The notes under the pieces: model-generated | What the model was told of the DNA's origin: nothing | Seen by the model: the letters and a program-made list of their open reading frames with translations, nothing else | Databases searched by the model: none | Assembly: GCA_965220085.1 (NCBI GenBank) | Contig: CBDCOZ010000003.1 | Coordinates: 320,001 to 384,000, forward strand | DNA from: Candidatus Oxydemutatoraceae bacterium | GTDB taxonomy: Bacteria; Pseudomonadota; Gammaproteobacteria; Poriferisulfidales; Oxydemutatoraceae | Length of the DNA stretch: 64,000 bases | Direction: 5' to 3' | Shown: positions 9,800-19,520 of the stretch, piece by piece | Numbering within the stretch: the stretch's first letter is position 1 | How the letters are laid out: each line of letters opens with the position of its first letter | Program-made: the position numbers and the translations under genes

Positions 9800-10126
9800 T
9801 CAAGCTCCGGCTATGTTGCGATTGATGTTGGGGAGCCACGGAGGCAGCAAAGGAATCAACAACCTCCGTTTCGCTTCCCGGAAGTTCTCGTAATCGCCCG
9901 CATCGCATGCCACACCGGTGTCAGGGCCGTGTTCCGGTCCCTTGGCAAAACTCATGGCGCAGTTGGCAGACGCATAGCGTTGCCCATCGCCATTGCTTAG
10001 GTGTTTGCGGCGTTGCCTGTCATTGGCCAGCCGGCTTGCGACCTCACGAATTTCCTTTGCTGTCGCTCGACGGTAATTAGTCATATTTGTATCCTCTGTT
10101 ACATCCCGTACGTTAGTACCATACAA
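9800..10126 (-). CDS. Hypothetical ORF or gene remnant directly upstream of the Sel1 gene
   Basis: Stop lies 1 nt before the Sel1 start; no recognisable motif. Confidence 0.3.
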   Translation of the reverse strand: MYGTNVRDVTEDTNMTNYRRATAKEIREVASRLANDRQRRKHLSNGDGQRYASANCAMSFAKGPEHGPDTGVACDAGDYENFREAKRRLLIPLLPPWLPNINRNIAGA

Positions 10127-10143
10127 GGAATTGATAATAGGAG

Positions 10144-10286
10144 CGCATAATGCCGGAAAAATTCCGGATTCCCGGCATCAATGCGACAGGCGGTATCGAT
10201 ACATCGGTTATACGGTAGCAGAGGCTTCTATAAAATAGCCGCTTCCGCCGCAAAGGAGGCATCTGCGAGTCCTGCGACCAAAGCCT
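10144..10286 (+). mobile_element. IS481 left-end relic
   Basis: gcataatgccggaaaaattccggattcccggcatcaa...catcggtt...ttctataaaatagccgcttcc; near-identical to 20990-21125. Confidence 0.75.
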
Positions 10287-10327
10287 ATCGGTTAAAAGAG
10301 CATAAGACTTGAGTCTTTAGAGCCGTA

Positions 10328-11350
10328 TCAGTTTGAGTCAGAGCAGTATCGATTTAAATTGTCAATGAACTCTTGTGAAATGCCTCCGCCCATATTAAAA
10401 CTGTCATGAGGCGGGTCATAGGGTTGTCCTTCCTTCTTTCCGCTAGAAGCGTGAAACGCCACAATTTCATTTTTCGAGTTTATAAGGGGGCCGCCTGAAA
10501 AACCTTTTCGACCGGGGCAATTATGAAGAATAGTAAGAGGGTTTTTTTCTAAGGCATTTATAATCTTGCATCCCTGAACGAAACGAACCCTTTTGTTCTT
10601 AATGTGATACCCTGCGAACATTATGTCTGTGTCAAAGTTATGGTCTTTCTCAAAAGAAGCAAGCCTCGCTGCTCTTTTAGGAGCGGGCTTTTTTTTGCTC
10701 TTAATAGGAAGAACAATATAGTCATCGGCTCTGTCCGCGCCAGTTAATATCTTTTTTTTGCCAAGCAGCCCTTGTTTTTCCATTTTAGAAATAGCGCCAA
10801 GATCCAACTCATAACATTTTCCTTTGAGACAAAATTTTGAATTCTTTGCATAAGGCTCGCCTTTTTTACGGTTAAAAAGGGTATGAGCATTTGTAAAAAT
10901 AAGATTATTCGCAGCGCATCTTTCTGTCCTTACAATAAAACCTGTGGAACTATAACTTTTTCCGTCTTTTCTTTGGGTTTTCACTCGGCCGACAAATCCT
11001 TCTAAAAAAGAAGCATCTTCTGGGCTGGCTTTGTAGTGCTCTAAGGCCTCATCAAAACTGCAACCTTCCGGAGGCTCTCCCTCTCCTCCGCAAAAGTGAG
11101 CGCCTTTTGACGTGCCGGACAGTGTTTCTGGAAGATTGATTCCTCCGTGTTCCATAACAAAGTTTGCGGCTTCTTTTGCAAAGCGCTTTGCAGAATACAT
11201 AAGATGAGTGAGGCCGAAAGGTTGAAGCGGCAAGACTTTTGCAAAGTGCTTTGCAGAATACATAAAGTGGGGGGCACAGCTTTCTGCCTTTGCGGTTTGT
11301 GCAACAAGCGCAATGAAAAGAACTGCTATAAGTGCAGAAACTTTTTTCAT
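10328..11350 (-). CDS. Secreted trypsin-like (S1) serine protease, copy 1
   Basis: Signal peptide MKKVSALIAVLFIALVAQTAKA; catalytic triad motifs TNAH, DYIVL, GFSGGP. Confidence 0.85.
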   Translation of the reverse strand: MKKVSALIAVLFIALVAQTAKAESCAPHFMYSAKHFAKVLPLQPFGLTHLMYSAKRFAKEAANFVMEHGGINLPETLSGTSKGAHFCGGEGEPPEGCSFDEALEHYKASPEDASFLEGFVGRVKTQRKDGKSYSSTGFIVRTERCAANNLIFTNAHTLFNRKKGEPYAKNSKFCLKGKCYELDLGAISKMEKQGLLGKKKILTGADRADDYIVLPIKSKKKPAPKRAARLASFEKDHNFDTDIMFAGYHIKNKRVRFVQGCKIINALEKNPLTILHNCPGRKGFSGGPLINSKNEIVAFHASSGKKEGQPYDPPHDSFNMGGGISQEFIDNLNRYCSDSN

Positions 11351-11544
11351 TGCCTTAGTCTGGCAAAGCAATCCTTATGAGCACAAAGCGGCTGAGCACA
11401 AAGCGGCGCTGCTATGTCTATGCTTAGAGATGACCCGACAACATCACGAAACACGAACGGCCCAAACGCTGATGGCATTGTGAAGTTAATTGAATTTCTC
11501 GGATTCGCGTTGAGGAGAAACCCGATCCCATGGCATTCAAAGAG

Positions 11545-11747
11545 CGGAGCCTTCTCGGCCGCCACGACAAATTCTGACGGCGGATTGTCAGCTTGGGTTG
11601 GGACAGAAGCTCCTCCGGCAACGCTACTTTGGCAGCAAAGCAGTCAACCGCATCGCCCGCCTTCAACAGCGCCCGTATGACATTGCGAACATAGCATTCG
11701 CCGCCGCCGCCGGTGATTAACTTGTCTGTCAAAATAGCAATGCTCAT
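11545..11747 (-). pseudogene. Duplicate 5' fragment of the GT4 gene at 1-523
   Basis: MSIAILTDKLITGGGGECYVRNVIRALLKAGDAVDCFAAKVALPEELLSQPKLTIRRQNLSW, then fused to unrelated sequence. Confidence 0.85.
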
Positions 11748-11794
11748 CGGTTGACCTCTTGAGGGCTATTCTAGCAACAGCATGAATTATTCCG

Positions 11795-12140
11795 CATAGC
11801 GAACACAGAAACAACTCTCTCCGGCGCGACAACTTGTAAGCCGGGTGGATTGCCGGCATCTTCATAATCGCCTCGCCCCGCATGCCCGGCAGAGGGATAC
11901 CGTATAGCTAGCTTCTGCGACATCCAAAGCAACGTTTCAAATGATATTGCTTATCCTCAAAGCGGCGGAATTCGTGCGCTTCAATCCATTCAATCAGCGC
12001 GCGCGGTTCTGTGTATGCGGTGTCACGCAATAGCGACCGAAGCGGTGTCGCCCGCGAATGATGTTATGCTTGCCGAGAATCGCTTTCGTTGCTTGATGCA
12101 AGTTTGTCAGATATTAAAGGAAACCCTTATGTAAAGTCAT
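11795..12140 (-). pseudogene. Third relic of the LPS kinase 5' region
   Basis: Matches 575-770 and 1897-2105; also retains a ~150 bp segment (RALIEWIEAHEF) similar to the N-terminus of the 5884-6513 kinase. Confidence 0.65.
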
Positions 12141-12289
12141 TTGATTTGAACATTGACTCGCTTCATCCCGAACTGCTGTATGTAATTTCTCTATTCCTCA
12201 GGATCCTGTCGCTTACGTTCTGCGGTAAGAGCGGCGGGGAACTGTTGTACGTAATTTCTCTATTCCTCGGATGAAAAATGCTTGATGGT

Positions 12290-12740
12290 TCATCACAGGC
12301 GCTTGTGCAAAAGCCGCTGTTTTGTATCTGATTGCCTATTCTGGTTACCGCGTGACTCTACTTAGCGGAGTACATCGGCGCAGAAGCTTGATTCTGTAGC
12401 GAGGCCATCGCCATCGGCTGGAGTGCGCCGATTAATATGAGCACATCGGCGCAGAATCTTGATTTTATAGCGAGATTGGATTGCTTGAACGGATGACGGT
12501 CGCCCTCGCAGTTGCAATCGGAGTTGCGGCATCAGTTTGACGCCCGCCCGCATTGCCGGGCACTATGCGCTGACATGGTTTGCCTTCTGTTGCTAGTGCG
12601 GCGGTGTTGGCCAGTGAGGAGCTAACTAGGGTCAGCATATTTTCGGTTGGAGCGCTCCCGAAGGGTGGGCTACGATCAACAGCCAGCAGGAGACTAATCT
12701 GCATAATCTGAGAGGTCTGTGTTTGATAGCAACTCAACAC
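12290..12740 (+). pseudogene. Degenerate copy of the 5' half of the membrane protein gene at 21368
   Basis: catcacaggcgc...caaaagccgctgttt...gagtacatcggcgcagaagctt...cagcatattttcgg...ctgcataatctg match 21390-21770 with stops and indels. Confidence 0.85.
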
Positions 12741-12856
12741 TCAATGACCCTTTGGCACGAGTGCATGGATATGTTTAGTAGCTAAGGTTGTGTGTAATTA
12801 TGACAGGGCTTGTAAATCAGGCATTTATGGGTTGCTTGAGCAAAATGATTAGCACT

Positions 12857-13789
12857 TCACATAGTTTCTTGCTTACTGTCTACTTGTGAATTGCTATCGC
12901 TTGATTCCTGGGTAAGTATCCCTTTGCACACTGTTTCCCAAAGATTTATAAGATTGTTTGCCCCGTCTTGAAACTGCTCTTGTTCCTCCAAGAGTGCCTC
13001 TCTTGTAAGAGCCGTCTCTCCTTCGGTACGCTTTTCTGTGAGCTTCATTCGCTTATCAAAACGATTAATCGCTTTCTCGCGTAGTGCAATTCCCCTTTCA
13101 AGAATACTGATACATTTACGCTTTAAACGTGAGTCATACGTTTTCTGGACTATTCCTTGTATAGCGTCACCTATCGCTTTCATATTACTTGTAGAGACAG
13201 ATGTGACTTCTTGTCCATCTGAGATGCTCCTACGGATGGTAGTAGATGTGCTAGAGTTAGGAGAGGCGACCAGACTCATGGCAGGTGCAACAACGGCTCC
13301 TGTTAGTTGTTCAATGGCAAGCGCACCAACCAGAATATCTTGAAACTGTTCATGCATCTCAACAAACTTTTTCTCAGTTATAGCCTTGTTGAAATAAGCC
13401 TCGCAAGCTCTGTATAGTGCATCCCGCATCAATTGGATAGACTGGGTTCTCAAACCAATATATCCGGAAGATTTTGCAAAAGCGGCACTTAATAATTCCT
13501 TCTTGTCTTCAGCACTAAAATCCCTACCGAGTGTTGATGAAAAAGCCATAATCGCATCAGGACTTGGTTCCGCACACAGCCGTGAGCCACCATATTCATC
13601 CTTTCCCGCATAGACAAGTCTTTGTTCTGCATCAAGGTGGATTGCTTTATCGCCACTCAGCGAACTGATTCGGTCTATAGAATGAAAGTTGGCACATCCA
13701 GACAGCAAGGATATAACCAGCATAATAAGTGTTAATGTTAAAACTCTATCCCACAATTTCATGTTCAGTTTCCTCTCTCTGTATATCAA
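12857..13789 (-). CDS. Lipoprotein of unknown function (CAEPSPDA motif) with C-terminal coiled coil
   Basis: Lipobox LLSGC; CAEPSPDA...LRTQSIQLMRDALYRACEAYFN. The start may be 13762. Confidence 0.75.
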   Translation of the reverse strand: MIYRERKLNMKLWDRVLTLTLIMLVISLLSGCANFHSIDRISSLSGDKAIHLDAEQRLVYAGKDEYGGSRLCAEPSPDAIMAFSSTLGRDFSAEDKKELLSAAFAKSSGYIGLRTQSIQLMRDALYRACEAYFNKAITEKKFVEMHEQFQDILVGALAIEQLTGAVVAPAMSLVASPNSSTSTTIRRSISDGQEVTSVSTSNMKAIGDAIQGIVQKTYDSRLKRKCISILERGIALREKAINRFDKRMKLTEKRTEGETALTREALLEEQEQFQDGANNLINLWETVCKGILTQESSDSNSQVDSKQETM

Positions 13790-13798
13790 AGCTGTTTG

Positions 13799-14080
13799 TC
13801 AGTCTAGCGCAAAGTAGTACCGGTACCGGTTAGTACGTGCTCTTTTTTCTGCTACTACGCAGTCACGGTAATCCCTCAGATCCGCACGATAATTCCTTTG
13901 CAACTGGTGCCATTTTGCACCACATTCCTTCCGAGAACCTCCATTCTCAATGCAAATATCAACATACCTACTATAGGGCCTATCTGGTTTCAGGCAATCA
14001 CTCCAAGCATAACTAACTGTGGGAGCAAGCGCGACTATTAAGATGGTTAAAAAATATTTTTTCATTGCATTTTCCCTCAT
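13799..14080 (-). CDS. Small secreted cysteine-containing protein
   Basis: MKKYFLTILIVALAPTVSYA signal peptide; 4 Cys in the mature part. Confidence 0.65.
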   Translation of the reverse strand: MRENAMKKYFLTILIVALAPTVSYAWSDCLKPDRPYSRYVDICIENGGSRKECGAKWHQLQRNYRADLRDYRDCVVAEKRARTNRYRYYFALD

Positions 14081-14172
14081 GTTTGTTTATTGAATAAAGC
14101 CATGATACTAATTAATAAAGTGTCACGGTTGTAGGTAGTATATAGCATGACTGAATTATGATGTCAAGACAT

Positions 14173-14258
14173 TGTTTGATGCCATGACATATTGGACACC
14201 TGAGCAAATATTGTGTGTCATTAAGTGCTTGAATCTTCAATTCATAGCGTGGTCTTTG
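14173..14258 (-). mobile_element. IS481 right-end relic
   Basis: Reverse complement ends ...gtgtccaatatgtcatggcatcaaaca vs intact IS ...tttccaatatgtactggcatcataca. Confidence 0.75.
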
Positions 14259-14470
14259 TGAATAATGCTGGAAACATTCCAGATTATCGGTTTCAGCAAA
14301 AGCCGACATGCAATATCAACACATCGGCTACGACATCAAAGGAACGTCAGCGCAAGCTCCGTCTTAGCAAAAGTTTCAAGACAACGCATTCCGTGCATTG
14401 TTATGGATACCGTGCAACGGTTTCTTCAAAGCCGGTGCTACTATCTGTTCACCGCCGTAGATTTGCATAG
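14259..14470 (+). mobile_element. IS481 left end plus internally deleted transposase relic
   Basis: tgaataatgctggaaacattccagatt...gccgacatgcaatatcaacacatcggc joined to atggataccgtgcaacg...tatctgttcaccgccgtagattt (cf. 42770-42832). Confidence 0.85.
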
Positions 14471-14514
14471 GGGCTTATACAATACCAGCCACCCATCTAT
14501 GAGGACATAAGCCC

Positions 14515-15063
14515 CTACTCTGCGTGAAGGATAATGCGTTTGGCTTTCCTCGTCCCTGACTCCGAATCACATTTTTCTAACATCAATTTACTGCCAGTCC
14601 ACCTGGATTTTAAGATAGTATCCACATATGTCTCGATGCCCGTTGAGATATCATCTGTGTCCCACTTCGTGGAGGACTCATCCCTGTCCACACACTCCAC
14701 CCAATGCAAAGGGCCGGGATACTCCGCCTCGCCGGCCCATGTCTCATCGTTGGCAGAAAGCGAAGCGGAATCTATATCCGGGCACTTGTTAAAGCCAGGG
14801 TTTATGTCACCATATTCATCCTCATAGTCAGCGACTTCTTCAAAGCAGTAGTGTGCCTTGATACCTTGATCGCATCTGTTCCTAAGCACATAGTCATTGT
14901 CCCTATAGTCATCGTCATAGCGAATCCAAGCAGTTTTAGCATCCTTGACCCGAATCAATTCAAGGCAGTCTTTTGCCCACGCTGGCGACGCTCCCAACAC
15001 GGATGTGGTTAGAAGCATGGTCAAAAGTATTTTTCTCAGATTAGGATCGCGTGCATGCGCCAT
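14515..15063 (-). CDS. Secreted acidic, Cys-containing orphan protein
   Basis: GGAGG RBS before ATG 15063; signal peptide ...LLTMLLTTSVLGASPAWA; 6 Cys; D/E-rich. Confidence 0.65.
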   Translation of the reverse strand: MAHARDPNLRKILLTMLLTTSVLGASPAWAKDCLELIRVKDAKTAWIRYDDDYRDNDYVLRNRCDQGIKAHYCFEEVADYEDEYGDINPGFNKCPDIDSASLSANDETWAGEAEYPGPLHWVECVDRDESSTKWDTDDISTGIETYVDTILKSRWTGSKLMLEKCDSESGTRKAKRIILHAE

Positions 15064-15222
15064 CGTTAAACCTCCTGTGTTACTAAGGGATGGGAATCTG
15101 TGCGGTTGCACAGGGTGCGGCGGTCAGCGATGCGGGATGCGCACTGACCGATAATCTTGCTGCAAAGGCCATTGGCGCCGAACGAAATGATGCGGTGCGC
15201 GGGGGACTATTATTCAATGTGG

Positions 15223-15421
15223 CGTTTGATGCCATGACATACTGGGCATGGGGGCAAATGTTGTGCTGTGTCATGGTTGCTTGAAGCTTCAGTTCGTAGT
15301 GTGGTCCCTTAGCGATGCTTTGGTGTTAAGCCATAGCAGATAGTCTATCCGACAATCATTAAATGTCCGCATGTCGGCTTTTGTTGATGCCAGGAATCCG
15401 GAGTGTTTCTGGCATTATTCG
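15223..15421 (-). mobile_element. ~199 bp non-autonomous IS481 derivative (MITE-like) with both ends
   Basis: Reverse complement starts gaataatgccagaaacactccggatt...gccgacatgc and ends ...gcacaacatttgcccc...tatgtcatggcatcaaac; transposase deleted. Confidence 0.8.
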
Positions 15422-15529
15422 CTCATCGCATTAGATTTTCTGCAAACTAAGATGAACGCTAAAAAAGAAGCTTTTCATACAAGGCTCTATCGGTTAAAAG
15501 GGCATAAGACTTCAGTCTTTAGAGTCGTA

Positions 15530-16492
15530 TCAATTTGAGTCAGAGCAATATCGATTCAAATTATCAATGAGCTTTTGTGAAATAGCGCCGCCCATATTAA
15601 AGCTGTCATTATGCGGGTCATAGGGCTGTCCGTTCTTCCCCTTTCCGGAAGCATGAAACGCCACCACTTCATTGTCAGAGTTTATAAGAGGAGCGCCTGA
15701 AGAACCCCCTTGACCCGGGCAATTATGAAAAAGAGTAAGAGGATTTTCAGCCATGATATGTTTAATCTTGCACTGCCGAAGAGAATAGATTTTTTTATTA
15801 TCAATATGATACCCTGCAGACCGTATGCCCACATTCCAATGATTGGATTTTTCAAAAGGAATAAGCTTTGCCACCCTCTGAGGAGCGGGCCTTTTTTTGC
15901 CTTTGATAGGAAGGACAATATAGTCAAGGGCTCTTTCCTTATTGCGTGTTATCTGCTTTCTGCCAAGCAACCCCTGTTTTTCCATTTTAGAAATGGCATC
16001 AAGATCCAACTCATAACATGTTCCTTTGAGACAGAACTTTGAATTTTTTGCGACAATCTCCCCTGTTTTGCGGTTAAAGAAAGCATGAGAGTTCGTAAAA
16101 ATAAGATTGTTTCCGGCGCAAGTTTCCGTTCTTACAATAAAACCTGTGGCGGCATAACTTACTCCGTCTTTTTTTTGAGTTTCCAATTGACCGACAAACT
16201 CTTCTAAAAAAGTAGCATCCTCTGGGCTGGCTTTGTAGTACTCTAAGGCCTCATCAAAACTGCAACCCGCCGGAGGCTCTCCTTCTCCTCCGCAAAAGTA
16301 AGCGCCTTTTGACGTGCCGGACAGCGCTTCTAAAAGACTTATTCCCCCATGTTTCATAACAAAGTTTGCGGCCTCTTTTGCAAAGCGCTTTGCAGAATAC
16401 ACAAAGTGGGGGGCACAGTTTTCCGCCTTTGCGCTCTGTGCAACAAGCGCAATAAAAAGAGCCGCTATGAGTGGTGCAGAAATTTTTTTCAT
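15530..16492 (-). CDS. Secreted trypsin-like serine protease, copy 2
   Basis: Signal peptide; TNSH, DYIVL, GSSGAP. Confidence 0.85.
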   Translation of the reverse strand: MKKISAPLIAALFIALVAQSAKAENCAPHFVYSAKRFAKEAANFVMKHGGISLLEALSGTSKGAYFCGGEGEPPAGCSFDEALEYYKASPEDATFLEEFVGQLETQKKDGVSYAATGFIVRTETCAGNNLIFTNSHAFFNRKTGEIVAKNSKFCLKGTCYELDLDAISKMEKQGLLGRKQITRNKERALDYIVLPIKGKKRPAPQRVAKLIPFEKSNHWNVGIRSAGYHIDNKKIYSLRQCKIKHIMAENPLTLFHNCPGQGGSSGAPLINSDNEVVAFHASGKGKNGQPYDPHNDSFNMGGAISQKLIDNLNRYCSDSN

Positions 16493-16554
16493 CGCCTTAG
16501 TTTAGCAAAGCAATCTTTATTGGGCACAAGCGGCGTTGCCATGTCTATGTTCAG

Positions 16555-16632
16555 AGATGCCGACAATGGAGGTTTCTATGGAATAGTTGCTTCCGCATTA
16601 CAGGAGGCATCCATGAGTCCTACGACCAAAGC
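16555..16632 (+). mobile_element. Short IS481 left-region relic between protease copies
   Basis: gccgaca...aggtttctatggaatagttgcttcc...gaggcatccatgagtcctacgaccaaa; cf. 10220-10286 and 42268-42325. Confidence 0.6.
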
Positions 16633-16676
16633 TCTATCGGTTAAAAGGGCACAAGACTCCAGTCTTTAGAGCCGTA

Positions 16677-17636
16677 TCAATTTGAGTCGGAGCAATATCG
16701 GTTTAAATTATCAATGAGCTTTTGTGAAATAGCGCCGCCCATATTAAAGCTGTCATTATGCGGGTCATAGGCTTGTCCGTTCTTCCCCTTTCCGGAAGCA
16801 TGAAACGCCACAACTTCATTGTCAGAGTTTATAAGAGGAGCGCCTGAAGAACCCCCTTGACCCGGGCAATTATGAAAAAGAGCAAGAGGATTTTCAGCCA
16901 TGATATGTTTAATCTTGCACTGCCGAAGGGAATAGATTTTTTTATTGTCAACATGATACCCTGCAAACCGTATGCCCACATTCCAATGATTAGATTTTTC
17001 AAAAGGAATAAGCGTTGCCACCCTTTGAGGGGCAGGCCTTTTTTTGCCTTTAATAGGAAGAACAATATAGTCAAAGGCTCTTTCTTTGTTACGGGTTATC
17101 TGTTTTCTGCCAAGTAGCCCCTGTTTTTCCATTTTAGAAATGGCATCAAGATCCAACTCATAACATGTTCCTTTGAGACAGAACTTTGAATTTTTTGCGA
17201 CAAGCTCCCCTGTTTTGCGGTTAAAGAAAGCATGAGAGTTCGTAAAAATAAGATTGTTTCCGGCGCAAGTTTCCGTTCTTACAATAAAACCTGTGGCGGC
17301 ATAACTTACTCCGTCTTTTTTTTGAGTTTCCAATTGACCGACAAACTCTTCTAAAAAAGCAGCATCCTCTGTGCTGGCTTTGTAATACTCTAACGCCTCA
17401 TCAAGACTGCAACCCTTCGGAGGCTCTCCCTCTCCTCCGCAAAAGTAAGCGCCTTTTGACGTGCCGGACAGCGCTTCCAGAAGACTGATTCCTCCGTGTT
17501 CCATAACAAAGTTTGCGGCTTCTTTTGCAAAGCGCTTTGCAGAATACACAAAGTGGGGGGCATAGTTTTCTGCCTTTGCGCTCTGTGCAACAAGTGCAAC
17601 AGAAAGAACTGCTATAAGTGCAAAAACCTTTTTCAT
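16677..17636 (-). CDS. Secreted trypsin-like serine protease, copy 3
   Basis: Nearly identical to copy 2; same triad motifs. Confidence 0.85.
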   Translation of the reverse strand: MKKVFALIAVLSVALVAQSAKAENYAPHFVYSAKRFAKEAANFVMEHGGISLLEALSGTSKGAYFCGGEGEPPKGCSLDEALEYYKASTEDAAFLEEFVGQLETQKKDGVSYAATGFIVRTETCAGNNLIFTNSHAFFNRKTGELVAKNSKFCLKGTCYELDLDAISKMEKQGLLGRKQITRNKERAFDYIVLPIKGKKRPAPQRVATLIPFEKSNHWNVGIRFAGYHVDNKKIYSLRQCKIKHIMAENPLALFHNCPGQGGSSGAPLINSDNEVVAFHASGKGKNGQAYDPHNDSFNMGGAISQKLIDNLNRYCSDSN

Positions 17637-17922
17637 TGTCTTAGTCTAGCAAAGAAATCCTTATGAGCACAAAGCGGTGCTGCTTTGTCTGTGCTCGGAG
17701 ATGACCCGACAATATCACGAAACACGAACTCATCCCAGACGCTGATGGCATCGGGAAGTTAATTGAATTTCTCGGATTCTAGTTGAGGAGAAACCCGATT
17801 TCATGGCATTCAAATTGGGGTAAAATGCTCGGCGGGATAGATGGTGCCGAAGTTGTTTGAATGACTAACGTTAGCAGGAACCATTAAGTGCCAAACTTCC
17901 CTTGAGGTATGCGACCTTAGGT

Positions 17923-18174
17923 CTAACCCTTTCCTTTGCTTTTAGTTGCGGGAGGATTCAGAGGGAGCGGCGAATTCCATGGCTGGCCTACTTGTCCAAA
18001 AAAATCCTGAGAGGGCAGTGCGAGACTCTCGCCCCTCTGATTTAGACGTAAATCTGAATCTGAAATATCTAGCCCTAGTTCTTTTAATTCTTTCAAATTT
18101 AATTCTTCAGAACCCTCAGCGACACATGGCAATGAAAAAAGTAACAATATGGTAAAGAAAATTAAGCGTTTCAT
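17923..18174 (-). CDS. Small secreted protein, MKHLI family
   Basis: Signal peptide MKRLIFFTILLLFSLPCVA; aggaggt RBS; core LNQRGESLALPSQDF. Confidence 0.75.
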   Translation of the reverse strand: MKRLIFFTILLLFSLPCVAEGSEELNLKELKELGLDISDSDLRLNQRGESLALPSQDFFGQVGQPWNSPLPLNPPATKSKGKG

Positions 18175-18214
18175 AACTTACCTCCTAAAGATACCGAAAT
18201 AAGATTATACAATT

Positions 18215-18345
18215 GGCGCTGACATGGTGGTATGTTCCATTCGCTCCGCGCTTCAAAACAGCCCGGACTGATTCCATACCGTTGGTGTGTGCCATGCCAT
18301 TGACATACTCGTTGGCAGAATGTTTGACGGATTCATGTTGATAGG
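18215..18345 (-). mobile_element. IS1595-family transposase C-terminal relic
   Basis: HESVKHSANEYVNGMAHTNGMESVRAVLKRGANGTYHHVS matches the IS1595 V.HS..EYV....HTN..E.....KRG..GTYH motif. Confidence 0.8.
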
Positions 18346-18478
18346 ACAGCCGTCTGATTCCTAATAGCCGGAATGCTCGGCGGGATAAATGGCGCTGAAG
18401 TTGTTTGAACGGCTTAATGGCTAACGTTAGCGGGAACAATTATAGTGCCCGACTTCCTTGAAATGCGCAACCTTAGGT

Positions 18479-18757
18479 CTAACTCGTTCCTCCGTTTGCA
18501 GTTGCAGGAGGAGGATCCAGAAGGGGTAGCGAATCCCACGACTGGCGGGCCTGTTTAGAGAAATCCCGAGAGGGTAGTGCGCGACTCTCACCCCTCTTAT
18601 TTAGGCGTAAATCTGAACTTAAAATCTTTAGTTCTGACTTATCTAGGCCTAAAATCTCTTGTATGTCTAATTCTTTCAAATCTGAATGCTGAGAATTCCC
18701 AGCGACAGACGGCAATGAAAAAAGCAACAATACGATAAAGAAAATTAAGTGTTTCAT
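18479..18757 (-). CDS. Small secreted protein, MKHLI family
   Basis: MKHLIFFIVLLLFSLPSVA; core LNKRGESRALPSRDF. Confidence 0.75.
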   Translation of the reverse strand: MKHLIFFIVLLLFSLPSVAGNSQHSDLKELDIQEILGLDKSELKILSSDLRLNKRGESRALPSRDFSKQARQSWDSLPLLDPPPATANGGTS

Positions 18758-18797
18758 AACTTACCTCCTAAAAGATACCGAAATAAGATTATACAAT

Positions 18798-18930
18798 TGG
18801 CACTGACATGGTGGTATGTTCCATTCGCTCCGCGCTTCAAAACAGCCCGGACTGATTCCATACCGTTGGTGTGTGCTATGCCATTGACATACTCGTTAGC
18901 AGAGTGTTTGACGGATTCATGTGGATAGGA
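18798..18930 (-). mobile_element. IS1595-family relic, second copy
   Basis: Near-identical to 18215-18345. Confidence 0.8.
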
Positions 18931-19054
18931 CAGCCGTCTGATTCCTAATAGCCAGAATGCTCGGCGGTACAAATGGCGCTGAAGTTGTTTGAATGACTAA
19001 CGTTAGCGGGAACAATTAAGTGCCTAACTTCCCTTGAAACATGCAACCTCAGGT

Positions 19055-19312
19055 CTAACTCTTTGCTTTGCTTTTAGCAGGAGTATCTGAAGGGAGCGGA
19101 AAATTCCACGTCTGGCGTGCCTGTCCAGAAAAATCCTGAGAGGGCAGTGCGAGACTCTCGCCCCTCTGATTTAGATCTAAAAGCTCTAAATCTGAAATGT
19201 CTAGCCCTAAATCGCTGCTCATCAAATCTAATTCCCTACGCTCTCCATGACCTCCAGCGACAGACGGCAATGAAAAAAGTAACAATACGATAAAGAAAAT
19301 TAAGTGCCTCAT
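19055..19312 (-). CDS. Small secreted protein, MKHLI family
   Basis: MRHLIFFIVLLLFSLPSVA; core LNQRGESLALPSQDF. Confidence 0.75.
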   Translation of the reverse strand: MRHLIFFIVLLLFSLPSVAGGHGERRELDLMSSDLGLDISDLELLDLNQRGESLALPSQDFSGQARQTWNFPLPSDTPAKSKAKS

Positions 19313-19520
19313 AACTTACCTCCTAAAGATACCGAAATAAAATTATACAATAAGTTTTGGAAATGATGTGAAATACTTTATATGGTGATTCATTAAGTTG
19401 TATGGCATCCATCACAATTGCCAAGCAAATGAGGCGATGGTTCCAATCTAAAATGCCTGGCGTAGCCCTCAGCCATTTGCTCTTTCGTGTCCTTGAGTGA
19501 AGTATGCATCGGCAATATCT

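Noticed and set aside
12170-12272. 35-bp direct repeat separated by 34 bp, resembling a minimal CRISPR
   Set aside because: Only two imperfect repeats, the spacer is itself a terminator-like hairpin, and there are no cas genes; more likely a local micro-duplication like the one at ~12370-12475.
18185-18972. ORFs 18185-18439 and 18754-18972 as real small genes
   Set aside because: They are chance frames over IS1595 transposase fragments.
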